DNA from: Clostridia bacterium
GTDB taxonomy: Bacteria; Bacillota; DSM-521; Neomoorellales; SLTJ01
Assembly: GCA_004347685.1 (NCBI GenBank)
Contig: SLTJ01000024.1
Location: 40,622 to 104,621 of the forward strand
Length of the DNA: 64,000 nt
Direction of reading: 5' to 3'
Shown here: one piece after another, positions 1-8,358 of the stretch
Position numbering within the stretch: position 1 is the stretch's first letter
Layout of the letters: the number at the start of each line of letters is the position of its first letter
Notes under the pieces: model-generated
What the model saw: only the letters and a program-made list of their open reading frames with translations
The model's database searches: none
Told to the model about the DNA's origin: nothing
Position numbers and translations under genes: made by a program

Positions 1-245
1 GGGTCGGGAAACTTAAATTTCGTCTTGTATACAGGGTCAAGGTTGTTAAGGAACGATGCCGAAAAGACATCCCTGGAGGCATGCCCATCATCTTCATAAC
101 CCCACTGATTTCCATGTCCACCCGCCCGCGAGTTATATCTGAGAAACCGCGCACTACATTTTCCAAACATGTGGAGCAGCGCCGCGATCTCGCCCATGAG
201 GATGGCCTCTTTGTGCGCTTCAATCTTTTTTAAAAGATCATGCAT
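1..245 (-). CDS. Partial CDS (5' end only, runs off the window): possible Cas10/Cmr2-like type III large-subunit N-terminus
   Basis: Absent from the ORF track because it is truncated. My translation from the ATG at 245..243 (ATGCATGA overlap with the upstream TGA at 238..240) reads MHDLLKKIEAHKEAILMGEIAALLHMFGKCSARFLRYNSRAGGHGNQWGYEDDG... and stays open to position 1. AALLH-x-x-GK resembles the Cas10 HD motif (aLLHDiGK), but with HM in place of HD. Confidence 0.35.
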   Translation of the reverse strand, partial: MHDLLKKIEAHKEAILMGEIAALLHMFGKCSARFLRYNSRAGGHGNQWGYEDDGHASRDVFSASFLNNLDPVYKTKFKFPD

Positions 246-1374
246 GGTTGGCCGCCTCCTTCTTTTGGCCAATCAGGCGCTCTACCACCATCTCAAGATC
301 GGTAATATTGTAGATTTGTTCCTCGTAGGCCGCTATTTTGCCGGTACGCCGGCACACCCATTCCTTGCCGTGCTCCTGATACCAGGACTTAAAAGCTTCA
401 AAGATAGCTGTGTCGCCTTCGCGGCGTTTCCTATATTGGCTCTTGCTGAGAGGATTACCGTCGATACCAAGGTAATCACTTTTTACGGCGCCCTGGTCGT
501 CCATAAACTTAAGGAAGGCTACATCGGGTTCCAGGAAAGATTGCTGTCCGGCTTCACTTGTCAAGGCCCCTTTAATTATCAATTTTCCGTTTTCCGGGCC
601 CAGCTCGTTCTGCGCTATGCCCCAGCCGGCGGTTTTCTTAGCCGAAAAACCGTATTCCAGCAGCATGGCTTTTACTGCTTCCGCACTGGCCTGGAGGTCC
701 TCGACTATCTGTTCCGCAGACCAGTCCTTACCCCTGGGATACGGGATGTAAAGCAAGCAAAATATACCCTTTGTCCCTGCTGGGACGACCTCGATGTTGA
801 TTGGTGCCCGGCCCTGGACCGGGGTACGAGTATCACGGTATAGTGGCGTGGCCACCGCCCTGGCAATGTGGCCTTGTTCGTCTTTGCTAACGCTATCCCA
901 AAAAGTGGGGAAGAAGTGCAGCCTGCCGGCTTGTCCGCTCTCGCCCCCCCGGCTGGAGCCGAAAAGTCGGTTGATAGTCGTTTCTTCAATGCCCGCCATA
1001 CCCGCGGCAAAACGCAGATGCCCTTTCCAAGTGGTCGGCTGCACCAGAGGTAAACCGGTCAAGTGGTCCAGGGCGAGGGGGTTATGCATTTCCAACCATC
1101 TTCCTTCGCGTTCTTCAAAAGGATGAAATTCATCCTCAGCCTTGCTGCTAAAAGGTTTGGCCAAATTGAATTCAAGCCGCAAAAGCCAGGAACCAGCAGG
1201 CAACTCCTCAACATCGGCCTTGGTTGGCAAAAACCGGTGTAATTCAGCCCTCCATTCTTCGGCGGCTTTTTCAGCTTCAGAACGGAGCCGATTGCCGAGG
1301 GTGCGTTTCCCGTTTTCTGCGAAATCGGCACCCTCCTCAGTAAGGTACGCATCAAATATGCGCCTTTGCGCCAT
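238..1374 (-). CDS. cmr6: RAMP superfamily protein, Cmr6-like (Cas7 group), with a C-terminal extension
   Basis: 378-aa ORF. PTTWKGHLRFAAG, LFGSSRGGESGQAGRLHFFPTF and the later TAGWGIAQ glycine loops fit RAMP/Cmr6-type signatures. The ATG lies 9 nt after the upstream stop. Confidence 0.6.
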   Translation of the reverse strand: MAQRRIFDAYLTEEGADFAENGKRTLGNRLRSEAEKAAEEWRAELHRFLPTKADVEELPAGSWLLRLEFNLAKPFSSKAEDEFHPFEEREGRWLEMHNPLALDHLTGLPLVQPTTWKGHLRFAAGMAGIEETTINRLFGSSRGGESGQAGRLHFFPTFWDSVSKDEQGHIARAVATPLYRDTRTPVQGRAPINIEVVPAGTKGIFCLLYIPYPRGKDWSAEQIVEDLQASAEAVKAMLLEYGFSAKKTAGWGIAQNELGPENGKLIIKGALTSEAGQQSFLEPDVAFLKFMDDQGAVKSDYLGIDGNPLSKSQYRKRREGDTAIFEAFKSWYQEHGKEWVCRRTGKIAAYEEQIYNITDLEMVVERLIGQKKEAANHA

Positions 1375-1383
1375 GAGCCTTCA

Positions 1384-2622
1384 TCACCCCTTTCCTCCTT
1401 CAACAAGAAGCCCCATTATGTCTGCCGGATATAGAGCAATTCGAACGGCCAGGCCGCCTAAGGCTGCCTGCACTTCAGTTTTGAGCCGGTTCGTATCCGT
1501 AAGGAGCATACGTAGCGCCTTGTCTGCCTCGTTGCCGTCACGGGGTATAAAGCCAAAAATACGCATGGTCCACTGTTGGTTACAACTATCTCTATAAAGG
1601 TGGGTTACAAACACGTCAGAGCCTTTGGGACGATCCTTTGAGGTTTTATCTACAATCTTAAGGTAGGGATCACCCCAAGGCGAGTTGGTTGTCCCCATAA
1701 TCCGGTGCCTTTCGATGGCGAGAGTTTCTTCGTCATACCGCGAAAAGTTACTGGGGGCCCTTAGCCGTTGTCGCAATTGCGCGCGCACGGCCGGGGCGGA
1801 AGGCAGCCAGTTCGTCGTTGCTACCGGAAGCCACCGTCTATAGTTAGCAGTATTTGCGGTAAGGCCAAGCTTTGGCCAGATCTCTTCCGAAGTGAGCTTG
1901 GCATCCTCAAGGATAACCGTAGCTCCAACCAGATTTCTAATGTCCGGTAGGCTTATTGCCTTCTTTGAGGTGTCATTTTCTGTATCAGATTCATGGGCTT
2001 CTGGTTCCTGCTTCAGCCGCTCCTTTTTGTCCAAGACGTCATACCATTTATCAAAATCCATAGAGACTGGCAGGTCATCACCCCAATCCTTGACCCTGAT
2101 CACACCCTGTCCCTGGCTTGTCTTCGCCCCCAGTGCCCCATACCGCTCAATCAGACGAAGGGTATAGTGCAGGGAAGTCCTCTCTACTTCTCTCAGGCCG
2201 CCATGGCGCATGTGCAGCAACGAAAGGCGCAACGGTTCAGCACTTTTTTCCGCCGGGATTCTCCAACCACGGTGCTCGCTGCTGCCTGGATTACTGAGCT
2301 TTATCTCCAGCAGTTCGCCCGTATTGCTGTTGTTATCTTCACTAATTACCAGCCGGAACCGCCGGCTGTAGCCCGTGCAACCGAAGAGTTGGCAAGCCGG
2401 GCAAATGCTCGCCAGCTTACTTTTTCCATTATATAGACACGCTCTCTGGCTGGGGTCGCAGACATGAAACCCCAGCCCACGCAAGATGGCTTCATACCAC
2501 CACCTGAGGGAGCCCAAGATGCCGGTTTCCAAAATGTTTCCCCCTTTTTTCTCAGCATTTGCGGTCCAAAGGGGGGTAAGAAGTTCAATCTGTAACGGCC
2601 TTATTCCCACCTCATCCTTCAA
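1384..2622 (-). CDS. cmr1: RAMP superfamily protein, Cmr1-like
   Basis: 412-aa ORF. LLTPLWTANA..GSLRWWYEAILRG and CPACQLFGCTGYSRRFRL are Cmr1-type motifs, and a second RAMP-like half ends in MRIFGFIP. The track start is the TTG at 2622. The GTG at 2610 (after AAGGATGAG) is more plausible and lies 1 nt after the methyltransferase TGA at 2612..2614. Confidence 0.6.
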   Translation of the reverse strand: MKDEVGIRPLQIELLTPLWTANAEKKGGNILETGILGSLRWWYEAILRGLGFHVCDPSQRACLYNGKSKLASICPACQLFGCTGYSRRFRLVISEDNNSNTGELLEIKLSNPGSSEHRGWRIPAEKSAEPLRLSLLHMRHGGLREVERTSLHYTLRLIERYGALGAKTSQGQGVIRVKDWGDDLPVSMDFDKWYDVLDKKERLKQEPEAHESDTENDTSKKAISLPDIRNLVGATVILEDAKLTSEEIWPKLGLTANTANYRRWLPVATTNWLPSAPAVRAQLRQRLRAPSNFSRYDEETLAIERHRIMGTTNSPWGDPYLKIVDKTSKDRPKGSDVFVTHLYRDSCNQQWTMRIFGFIPRDGNEADKALRMLLTDTNRLKTEVQAALGGLAVRIALYPADIMGLLVEGGKG

Positions 2623-4804
2623 CTCCTGTTCTTGTCAACGCTTGGTCGTACCACATGAGGAGCTTGGGGTCTTCCTGGAGGACATTTTCGGGAATCTTGC
2701 GGGCTACGGTGATGATGGTGGCGTAGTCGCGCTCCTGCCAGGCCTTTTTGAACCCGGCGCGGACGGCCTCCAACCGGAACACCTTCAGGCGCTTTTGCTT
2801 GGATTCCCGGTACTCCTCAAACTCGCGCAGCAGGGCCCGCTCGCGCAGCTTTTCCAGGTCGCCGGCTTTATTCGGGTCGGGCACGTACCAGCGGTCCTTC
2901 GATCGAGTACTGAGTGATGAGGACTGAGGACTGAGTGAAGAGAACTGCAGAGCACCGTTTTCTTCACGAGCGCGACCAGAAGCTAGTTCCTCCTGGATGA
3001 TCTTGCGCATCTCTTCGCTTTGCTTGAGCCAGGAGATAATTTGCGCTGGTACCGGCCCCTGGCCGTCGTAGCGCAGGAAGTTCTGCTCCAGCAGCTCGGA
3101 AAGCTCCAGGGTTTTTTCGTGCTTCAGCCAGCCGCCTTGGGTTTCCCGCATGAACTGGGGCTGGAGTTCCTGGAGGGTCTGCGGCTTTTTTGTAAGCTGC
3201 TGCTTGAGCCATTGGATGGCCGAGGATTCGTCGGTGACAAAGAGTGAAAGCTGCAGCACCTCTTTCACGGTCATGCGCTTCTTGTCGTACTCAGCCACTT
3301 GGTCGGGAAGGAAATACATTCCGTCCCGCTCGGGGAAACGCTGGGTAAGCCCGGTGTAGAACTCGCCTGCAGACAAGGGAACGGTAACCCCGCGCTGGAC
3401 GTGGAAGGCGACCATGCGGTCAAAGAGCAGGTAGTTTTGCCGCTCGGCGATGACTTCAAGATGTTGTACAATGTCCAATGTATCTTGGGCAAGGTCGAAC
3501 TGACTCTGGACCTTGGACCTTGGACCGGAGACCACGGCAACCGGTAGTTGCTTAAGGTGGGTGCGAATGAAATCCCAGACGCCTGCTTCAGTACCTGCTT
3601 CTAGCTTGAAGCGTTCCTCAAGACCGCCGTTGGGCTTGTAGGCGGAGATGACAAGATCCTGCTTAACGGCGGTGCTAGTCACCTGGCGGTAGGAACCTTG
3701 CTGTTTATCCAGCGTTCGCACGTCGGCCACGACAAACCCGGCAGCCTGTATCGCCTCCTGAATGGCGTTCCAGACGGCGTTGCGCGAGTTGTGGAACTCA
3801 ATGGTTATCCAACGGCCTGGCTTGAGGACGCGATATGCCTCCGAGAAAGAAGCAGCCATTATACCTCCATATCGAGAGAGCGTTGTCGGGTTTACAGTCC
3901 GTGCTCTATGAACAACCGCCTCCACAGAGTCATTGGTTGCGATACGGAGCCACCCCTCCCAGATCGAATTGAGATCCGCATAAAAGAGATTGCCGCCGAA
4001 AGGAGGGTCCGTGAAAATGTAGTCTACCGATGAAGATGGAACCATGCTCAAATCGGTAGCTGACCCCGTTGTGATGGCGCATGTTTCATTGCGGGGAACC
4101 AGATTCCATGCTTGTGTAATATCTTGCGCTTTATCGGCGATTAGCCGAAAGGGGTTTTGCTCTTTTTGCAGACTCGGGATCGTGAGTTTTCCTTGTTGTC
4201 CGCCTCCTCCTCCGCTCCGATACCTGTACCTTTGAGAAGCCAGCCATTGACAGGACGTAAGAATAAAGAGAACTCCTTTTCGTGTAGAAAATGTGGGGAT
4301 TGAGCAGGCAATATCCCATATCCGGCCGAGGGTGATGAGATTACGTCGGGTGTAGAAATCCGAAACGCATACAATCCCTCGGAGGTGAAGGGCATCTCGC
4401 TTATATTGTTCGGAGTCTGGGTTGAGATTTAGGGTTGGGCATGATTTGGGCAGCGTATGTAGCGCTATCTTACGGAGTACCTCATGATCGCCGGGACTGA
4501 GTGGTCGAATTGACCTCCCCTTTCCTTTTCCAGCTTCCAATGCAATGGGTGCTTTCTTAATGCGCTTCACTTTAACGCCATGATGGGTAAACGCGGTCTC
4601 TATCTGCCTGTCAAGAGACGATTTCTTAAGATTCGCATTGCAGTGAGGGCACGAGAAGTTTTCCTGGACCGTTCCAGAGTCCTCATCCAGAGCTGCCTCC
4701 CAAAATATGATGTCGCCCTGACATTGAGGGCAGAAGAAGACGTCTGACCAAATAGTGAAATTGATTTCTGATTGAATGGATGGAGTACTTTCACTGATAT
4801 ACAT
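2612..4804 (-). CDS. pglXI: DNA methyltransferase, catalytic/C-terminal part (PglXI-like N6A/N4C MTase with Zn-ribbon insert)
   Basis: 730-aa ORF. Zn ribbon CPQCQG..CPHCN, catalytic motif DYIFTDPPFG, and a long helical C-terminus. The AdoMet motif is carried by the overlapping ORF 4791..5513 in another frame, so the two look like one gene of about 970 aa. Confidence 0.75.
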   Translation of the reverse strand: MYISESTPSIQSEINFTIWSDVFFCPQCQGDIIFWEAALDEDSGTVQENFSCPHCNANLKKSSLDRQIETAFTHHGVKVKRIKKAPIALEAGKGKGRSIRPLSPGDHEVLRKIALHTLPKSCPTLNLNPDSEQYKRDALHLRGIVCVSDFYTRRNLITLGRIWDIACSIPTFSTRKGVLFILTSCQWLASQRYRYRSGGGGGQQGKLTIPSLQKEQNPFRLIADKAQDITQAWNLVPRNETCAITTGSATDLSMVPSSSVDYIFTDPPFGGNLFYADLNSIWEGWLRIATNDSVEAVVHRARTVNPTTLSRYGGIMAASFSEAYRVLKPGRWITIEFHNSRNAVWNAIQEAIQAAGFVVADVRTLDKQQGSYRQVTSTAVKQDLVISAYKPNGGLEERFKLEAGTEAGVWDFIRTHLKQLPVAVVSGPRSKVQSQFDLAQDTLDIVQHLEVIAERQNYLLFDRMVAFHVQRGVTVPLSAGEFYTGLTQRFPERDGMYFLPDQVAEYDKKRMTVKEVLQLSLFVTDESSAIQWLKQQLTKKPQTLQELQPQFMRETQGGWLKHEKTLELSELLEQNFLRYDGQGPVPAQIISWLKQSEEMRKIIQEELASGRAREENGALQFSSLSPQSSSLSTRSKDRWYVPDPNKAGDLEKLRERALLREFEEYRESKQKRLKVFRLEAVRAGFKKAWQERDYATIITVARKIPENVLQEDPKLLMWYDQALTRTGVEG
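2905..2942. repeat. Low-complexity repeat inside the methyltransferase coding sequence, related to the 12116..12148 arm
   Basis: gagtactgagtgatgaggactgaggactgagtgaagag. The 18-mer tgagtgatgaggactgag (2911..2928) is identical to 12122..12139. In frame, it encodes SSLSPQSSSLST. Confidence 0.7.
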
Positions 4805-5513
4805 CCATCCGATCTCGTTTGACTTGCTTGATTATCTTCTTCAAGGAATGGTTTACTGAAGAGCTATCTGCAACACGGCAGTAGTTCGATGAAATGAATG
4901 TAGCAGCAGGAGCAAGGTCATTAAGTATCGGCCTCCTCGCCCCTATCTTTCCGATAACGATGTTATTCAAGTCCCTGATCAAGCCATCCGGCGTAACTTT
5001 GTAGCCAAGCGACTCGATAGTAAAACGTTCACCGCATAGCAGCGAGGCTACTCCCGTCATCCCGGTTCCACAGAACCCGTCAAAAACGACATCCCCCGGT
5101 TCGGTATAATGCAGGATGTACCGCATGATTGCCTTATGCGGCACCTTTGTATGGTAGGAGTGGGCGTTATAGATCGGGTCGTTCTTCCCCTCACTCACGT
5201 CCGCGGCAAACGGCTCACGGCCGTAAGGTATATTCGGGTCATACGGCTTGCCGTAGTACCTGATAAAATCCTCTATGAACGGGTTCGGGCAGGCGGTATA
5301 ATACGGCGGGTCGGACAGGGCCAGGATGTCCTCATCCGAGCCTATTGGGAGCCCCTCAATTTTGCGAAACTCCGGGTCCTTCAGCTTTTCTCGCAGAAGA
5401 CCAAGGAAATGTTCCCGCCGAGCGTTGTCATCTGGGAATGTCATCCCAAGGCATTCAACGGGACCGGTTGGCACGGTTCCTGTTTCGGGATTGAAAAGGC
5501 TCTCCATAGTCAT
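4791..5513 (-). CDS. pglXI: DNA methyltransferase, N-terminal part (AdoMet-binding region), frame-shifted relative to 2612..4804
   Basis: YHTKVPHKAIMRYILHYTEPGDVVFDGFCGTGMTG corresponds to the H-x-T-x-KP plus FxGxG region of N6_N4 MTases. The likely start is the ATG at 5513..5511, which overlaps the herA TGA at 5510..5512 (ATGA). The track start at 5582 would overlap herA by 73 nt. Confidence 0.7.
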   Translation of the reverse strand: MTMESLFNPETGTVPTGPVECLGMTFPDDNARREHFLGLLREKLKDPEFRKIEGLPIGSDEDILALSDPPYYTACPNPFIEDFIRYYGKPYDPNIPYGREPFAADVSEGKNDPIYNAHSYHTKVPHKAIMRYILHYTEPGDVVFDGFCGTGMTGVASLLCGERFTIESLGYKVTPDGLIRDLNNIVIGKIGARRPILNDLAPAATFISSNYCRVADSSSVNHSLKKIIKQVKRDRMDVYQ

Positions 5514-7252
5514 GCTCTGTTTTGCCTCCGCATATTTTCTACCGCTTTTGCGAAGTCCGGAGAATCCGGTTGTTTGCTCCATTCATCCCAGAAATCAATC
5601 GTGGCGCTTAGAGGTTTTTCGTTTGGCGGATGGATTCTAATACGGCTGGGTAACAAGACGGCATCGCCAACAACCAACGCCTCGCCAATGTCCAAAATCG
5701 ACAGTGTTTCCATCAACCCTTCCAAACTCTCCGGCATAAGTTTCCGGACTGTGGCTTGGTCGTCACCATTAGTTAGGCGAAGGGCTATCACATTGTTGCA
5801 TTGACTGAGGATTGTCGCGCTCACATCAGATGGACGCTGGCTGACGACAAGCAACGCAACCCCATACTTTCTGCCTTCTTTCGCTATTTTCTCGAAGTTC
5901 TCAATGGCACGTTGTTCGACGGGATTTCTGCCTTCCTTCTTGGGCAGGTACAAGTGCGCCTCGTCGCACACGAAAGCCATCGGCTTGCGTTTGTCGCGGT
6001 CGCTCCAGAATTGCACTTGATAGATGATGCGCGCCACAAGCCCCACAATAACCGGCAGGATATCTGCCGGGACTTCGGAAAAATCGATGACCTTGATTTG
6101 CGCTTTTGACCCGGAATAATCCATCAGCCGCTTCATCATGTCAGCCATAGAATCGTATTGGTTCTCTGATTCAGGTGATTGGAACAGAAAACCATAGCGC
6201 TTATCACTTACTTTACTATTGAGACGAGGAATCAAGCGATCAAACTCGCCGTTGAAAGGACCCTTTTTCTCGGTGTTAGGTTTTGCCCCTGGAACCATTT
6301 GCTCATTAAGTTCCTTAAGTTTGGCAATGACGTTTTGAATTGAAAAAGGGATTGGGCTATCGAGAGTAAATGCATTCAGCACTTCTTCCTTCTTGAGTAT
6401 TTCGAGCGTTTTTTCCTTCTCCGCGACAACTGTATCCTGAAATGCCATTACCTGGTTGTGGGCGCTGAATTCGCTACGGTCGATGAACATGGCCTGCATC
6501 TCCTCGGTATTAAGGAGCCAATAAGGTAAGTATAACAGCGATGGATCGTCTTTGCCCAATTCTTCCGGTCCTGGAATGCGCAAATGGCGTGCATAGGAAA
6601 GTTCTCGATATTCTCCGTGAAGATCAAATATGATCAGGTTCGCCGATGGGAGTTTCGCGGCTTGTTCAAGAATAGCTGCAACCGTCCAGGATTTGCCGGA
6701 TCCTGTGCTTCCCAAGATTGAGGCATGACGCTGAAAAAACTTGTTCCCGTCCAGATAGGCCGTTGCGTTCTCATCAATGGTATATCGGCCCATTTCCAGG
6801 GAGTGGGCAGTACAGCCTTCCACGGAAAGTAAGTTCATAAAAGCTTGCAGTTGCGCATCGCGCAGAATGTAGCATTCGCCGTCAATCTCGGGTACCTGAA
6901 CGAGAGAACGAGAAAAGCGTGGCCTACTATCTTTGTCTAGTCCAACCGTTCCAACCAAGGTTAGACGTACGGTATTCATTACGCTTTCTCGCGGCAGGAA
7001 CAATTCGGTTACCTCATCGGTGCCCTGTAATCCGGTATCTGTCTCGTCCTCAAGAACAGGTGTTTTTATCACCTTATCTATGATACCGATCAACCATTCC
7101 TCAAGAGCGCCAGGTAAGGCAAGAGCAACCAATTGGCCGACACGCGCTTTTCGTAAATCCTCATCGCTGTGAACCTGAATATTCACTCTACGAGTATCAA
7201 CAGTGCGGACCTTCCCTAGAGAATATGAAGCGTCAAAAGTAAAAAACGCCAT
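5510..7252 (-). CDS. herA: HerA-like (DUF87/FtsK-HerA superfamily) ATPase, partner of SIR2
   Basis: Walker A ILGSTGSGKSW and Walker B FVCDEAHLY, with a HerA-type N-terminal barrel region. I chose the start at ATG 7252 (AGGAGGGTAAAC upstream), 2 nt after the SIR2 stop. Confidence 0.8.
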   Translation of the reverse strand: MAFFTFDASYSLGKVRTVDTRRVNIQVHSDEDLRKARVGQLVALALPGALEEWLIGIIDKVIKTPVLEDETDTGLQGTDEVTELFLPRESVMNTVRLTLVGTVGLDKDSRPRFSRSLVQVPEIDGECYILRDAQLQAFMNLLSVEGCTAHSLEMGRYTIDENATAYLDGNKFFQRHASILGSTGSGKSWTVAAILEQAAKLPSANLIIFDLHGEYRELSYARHLRIPGPEELGKDDPSLLYLPYWLLNTEEMQAMFIDRSEFSAHNQVMAFQDTVVAEKEKTLEILKKEEVLNAFTLDSPIPFSIQNVIAKLKELNEQMVPGAKPNTEKKGPFNGEFDRLIPRLNSKVSDKRYGFLFQSPESENQYDSMADMMKRLMDYSGSKAQIKVIDFSEVPADILPVIVGLVARIIYQVQFWSDRDKRKPMAFVCDEAHLYLPKKEGRNPVEQRAIENFEKIAKEGRKYGVALLVVSQRPSDVSATILSQCNNVIALRLTNGDDQATVRKLMPESLEGLMETLSILDIGEALVVGDAVLLPSRIRIHPPNEKPLSATIDFWDEWSKQPDSPDFAKAVENMRRQNRA

Positions 7253-7254
7253 GT

Positions 7255-8355
7255 TTACCCTCCTAATATTTCTTTTGTAAACTGTGAGATATCCCAAAGG
7301 ACCTTTTCAGGTATGGATAGCCAGTTTGCATACATTTTGTTAAATATGCGTGTTCCGTTACTGTTTGCTTCCTGTGATTTGCAAACAAGCCATAGATTTG
7401 CGGCCTGTAAAAGCAAGGATTCGATGCGAGGATTGGAATCCCGAGTGATAATCAGCCCTGCACAGCCCTGATTTACGAGTTTGCGCTTTATGTACTCTTC
7501 AATGTGCTTATCATTGAAGCCATACCCAAGGAAAAGAAAATGGTGTTCCCGCTCAATAGCGATATCGGCCTTGCTTAGAAGTTCTTGCCTATAGCGTTGC
7601 AGTGTTTCATACTTCGATAAGCCCGGAGTAATCATGACCCGTTGAGCGAAATCGGGTGGATTCCACATCCAAGCATTATTTTCAATCACCACTCCCTGAT
7701 GGAAAAAGTAGTTGAGAGAGCCATGAACTTTATAGAGCCGGACGTGCTTCCGGTTTTTATACGTTGGTTTCATTTTCCCTCGTTGGTAAACTCGTTCGGG
7801 GGATAACAAGGCTCGTTCCACAGCATCCCAATCGATTCTACGCTCAACCCCTCCGACAAATCCGTTTGTATACGGAATGCCAGAGTGATCACAGGCATAT
7901 TCAAACAACATGTCGTAATTCGGTGTGAGAACATGCAGGATTCTGTCGCCTTCCGGAAGTCCACCGACTAGTCGCTTCAGAAAGTGGGTCGCGGGCCACT
8001 CGATTTCGCCATTAGCAATTCGAAAAGCGTACTCGCGGTCAACCGAAGCAACAAAGCACCCTGTAATAGCAGTGATTTTCTGCAACAAAGCGTAATCAGA
8101 AACGCCATCTAAAGCGGATTCCAAATCTGTCCCGCTCCGAAGAGATTGCATAACTCTGTCCCATTCCTCTTGCTGTGTTCTTTTTAGCGAATGTCCGTTC
8201 ATCTGACACAAGAGTTCATCTCTTAGGGCATCCATCCCAAATCGATTGTCCAAAGCGCAAGACATTCCTGTACCAAAGAAAACAAATGGTTTCTCTCGGA
8301 AAAAATTTCTTAGCGCTTCGGCAGCAATATTATAGGTCAAATCGTCTTTACACAT
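7255..8355 (-). CDS. SIR2-like (SIR2_2) NADase-family defence protein
   Basis: FFGTGMS, TPNYD, KVHGS and FLGYGFND motifs match the SIR2_2 layout. The ATG lies 3 nt after the brxC-like stop. Sits directly upstream of herA, as in SIR2-HerA antiphage systems. Confidence 0.75.
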   Translation of the reverse strand: MCKDDLTYNIAAEALRNFFREKPFVFFGTGMSCALDNRFGMDALRDELLCQMNGHSLKRTQQEEWDRVMQSLRSGTDLESALDGVSDYALLQKITAITGCFVASVDREYAFRIANGEIEWPATHFLKRLVGGLPEGDRILHVLTPNYDMLFEYACDHSGIPYTNGFVGGVERRIDWDAVERALLSPERVYQRGKMKPTYKNRKHVRLYKVHGSLNYFFHQGVVIENNAWMWNPPDFAQRVMITPGLSKYETLQRYRQELLSKADIAIEREHHFLFLGYGFNDKHIEEYIKRKLVNQGCAGLIITRDSNPRIESLLLQAANLWLVCKSQEANSNGTRIFNKMYANWLSIPEKVLWDISQFTKEILGG

Positions 8356-8358
8356 ATT

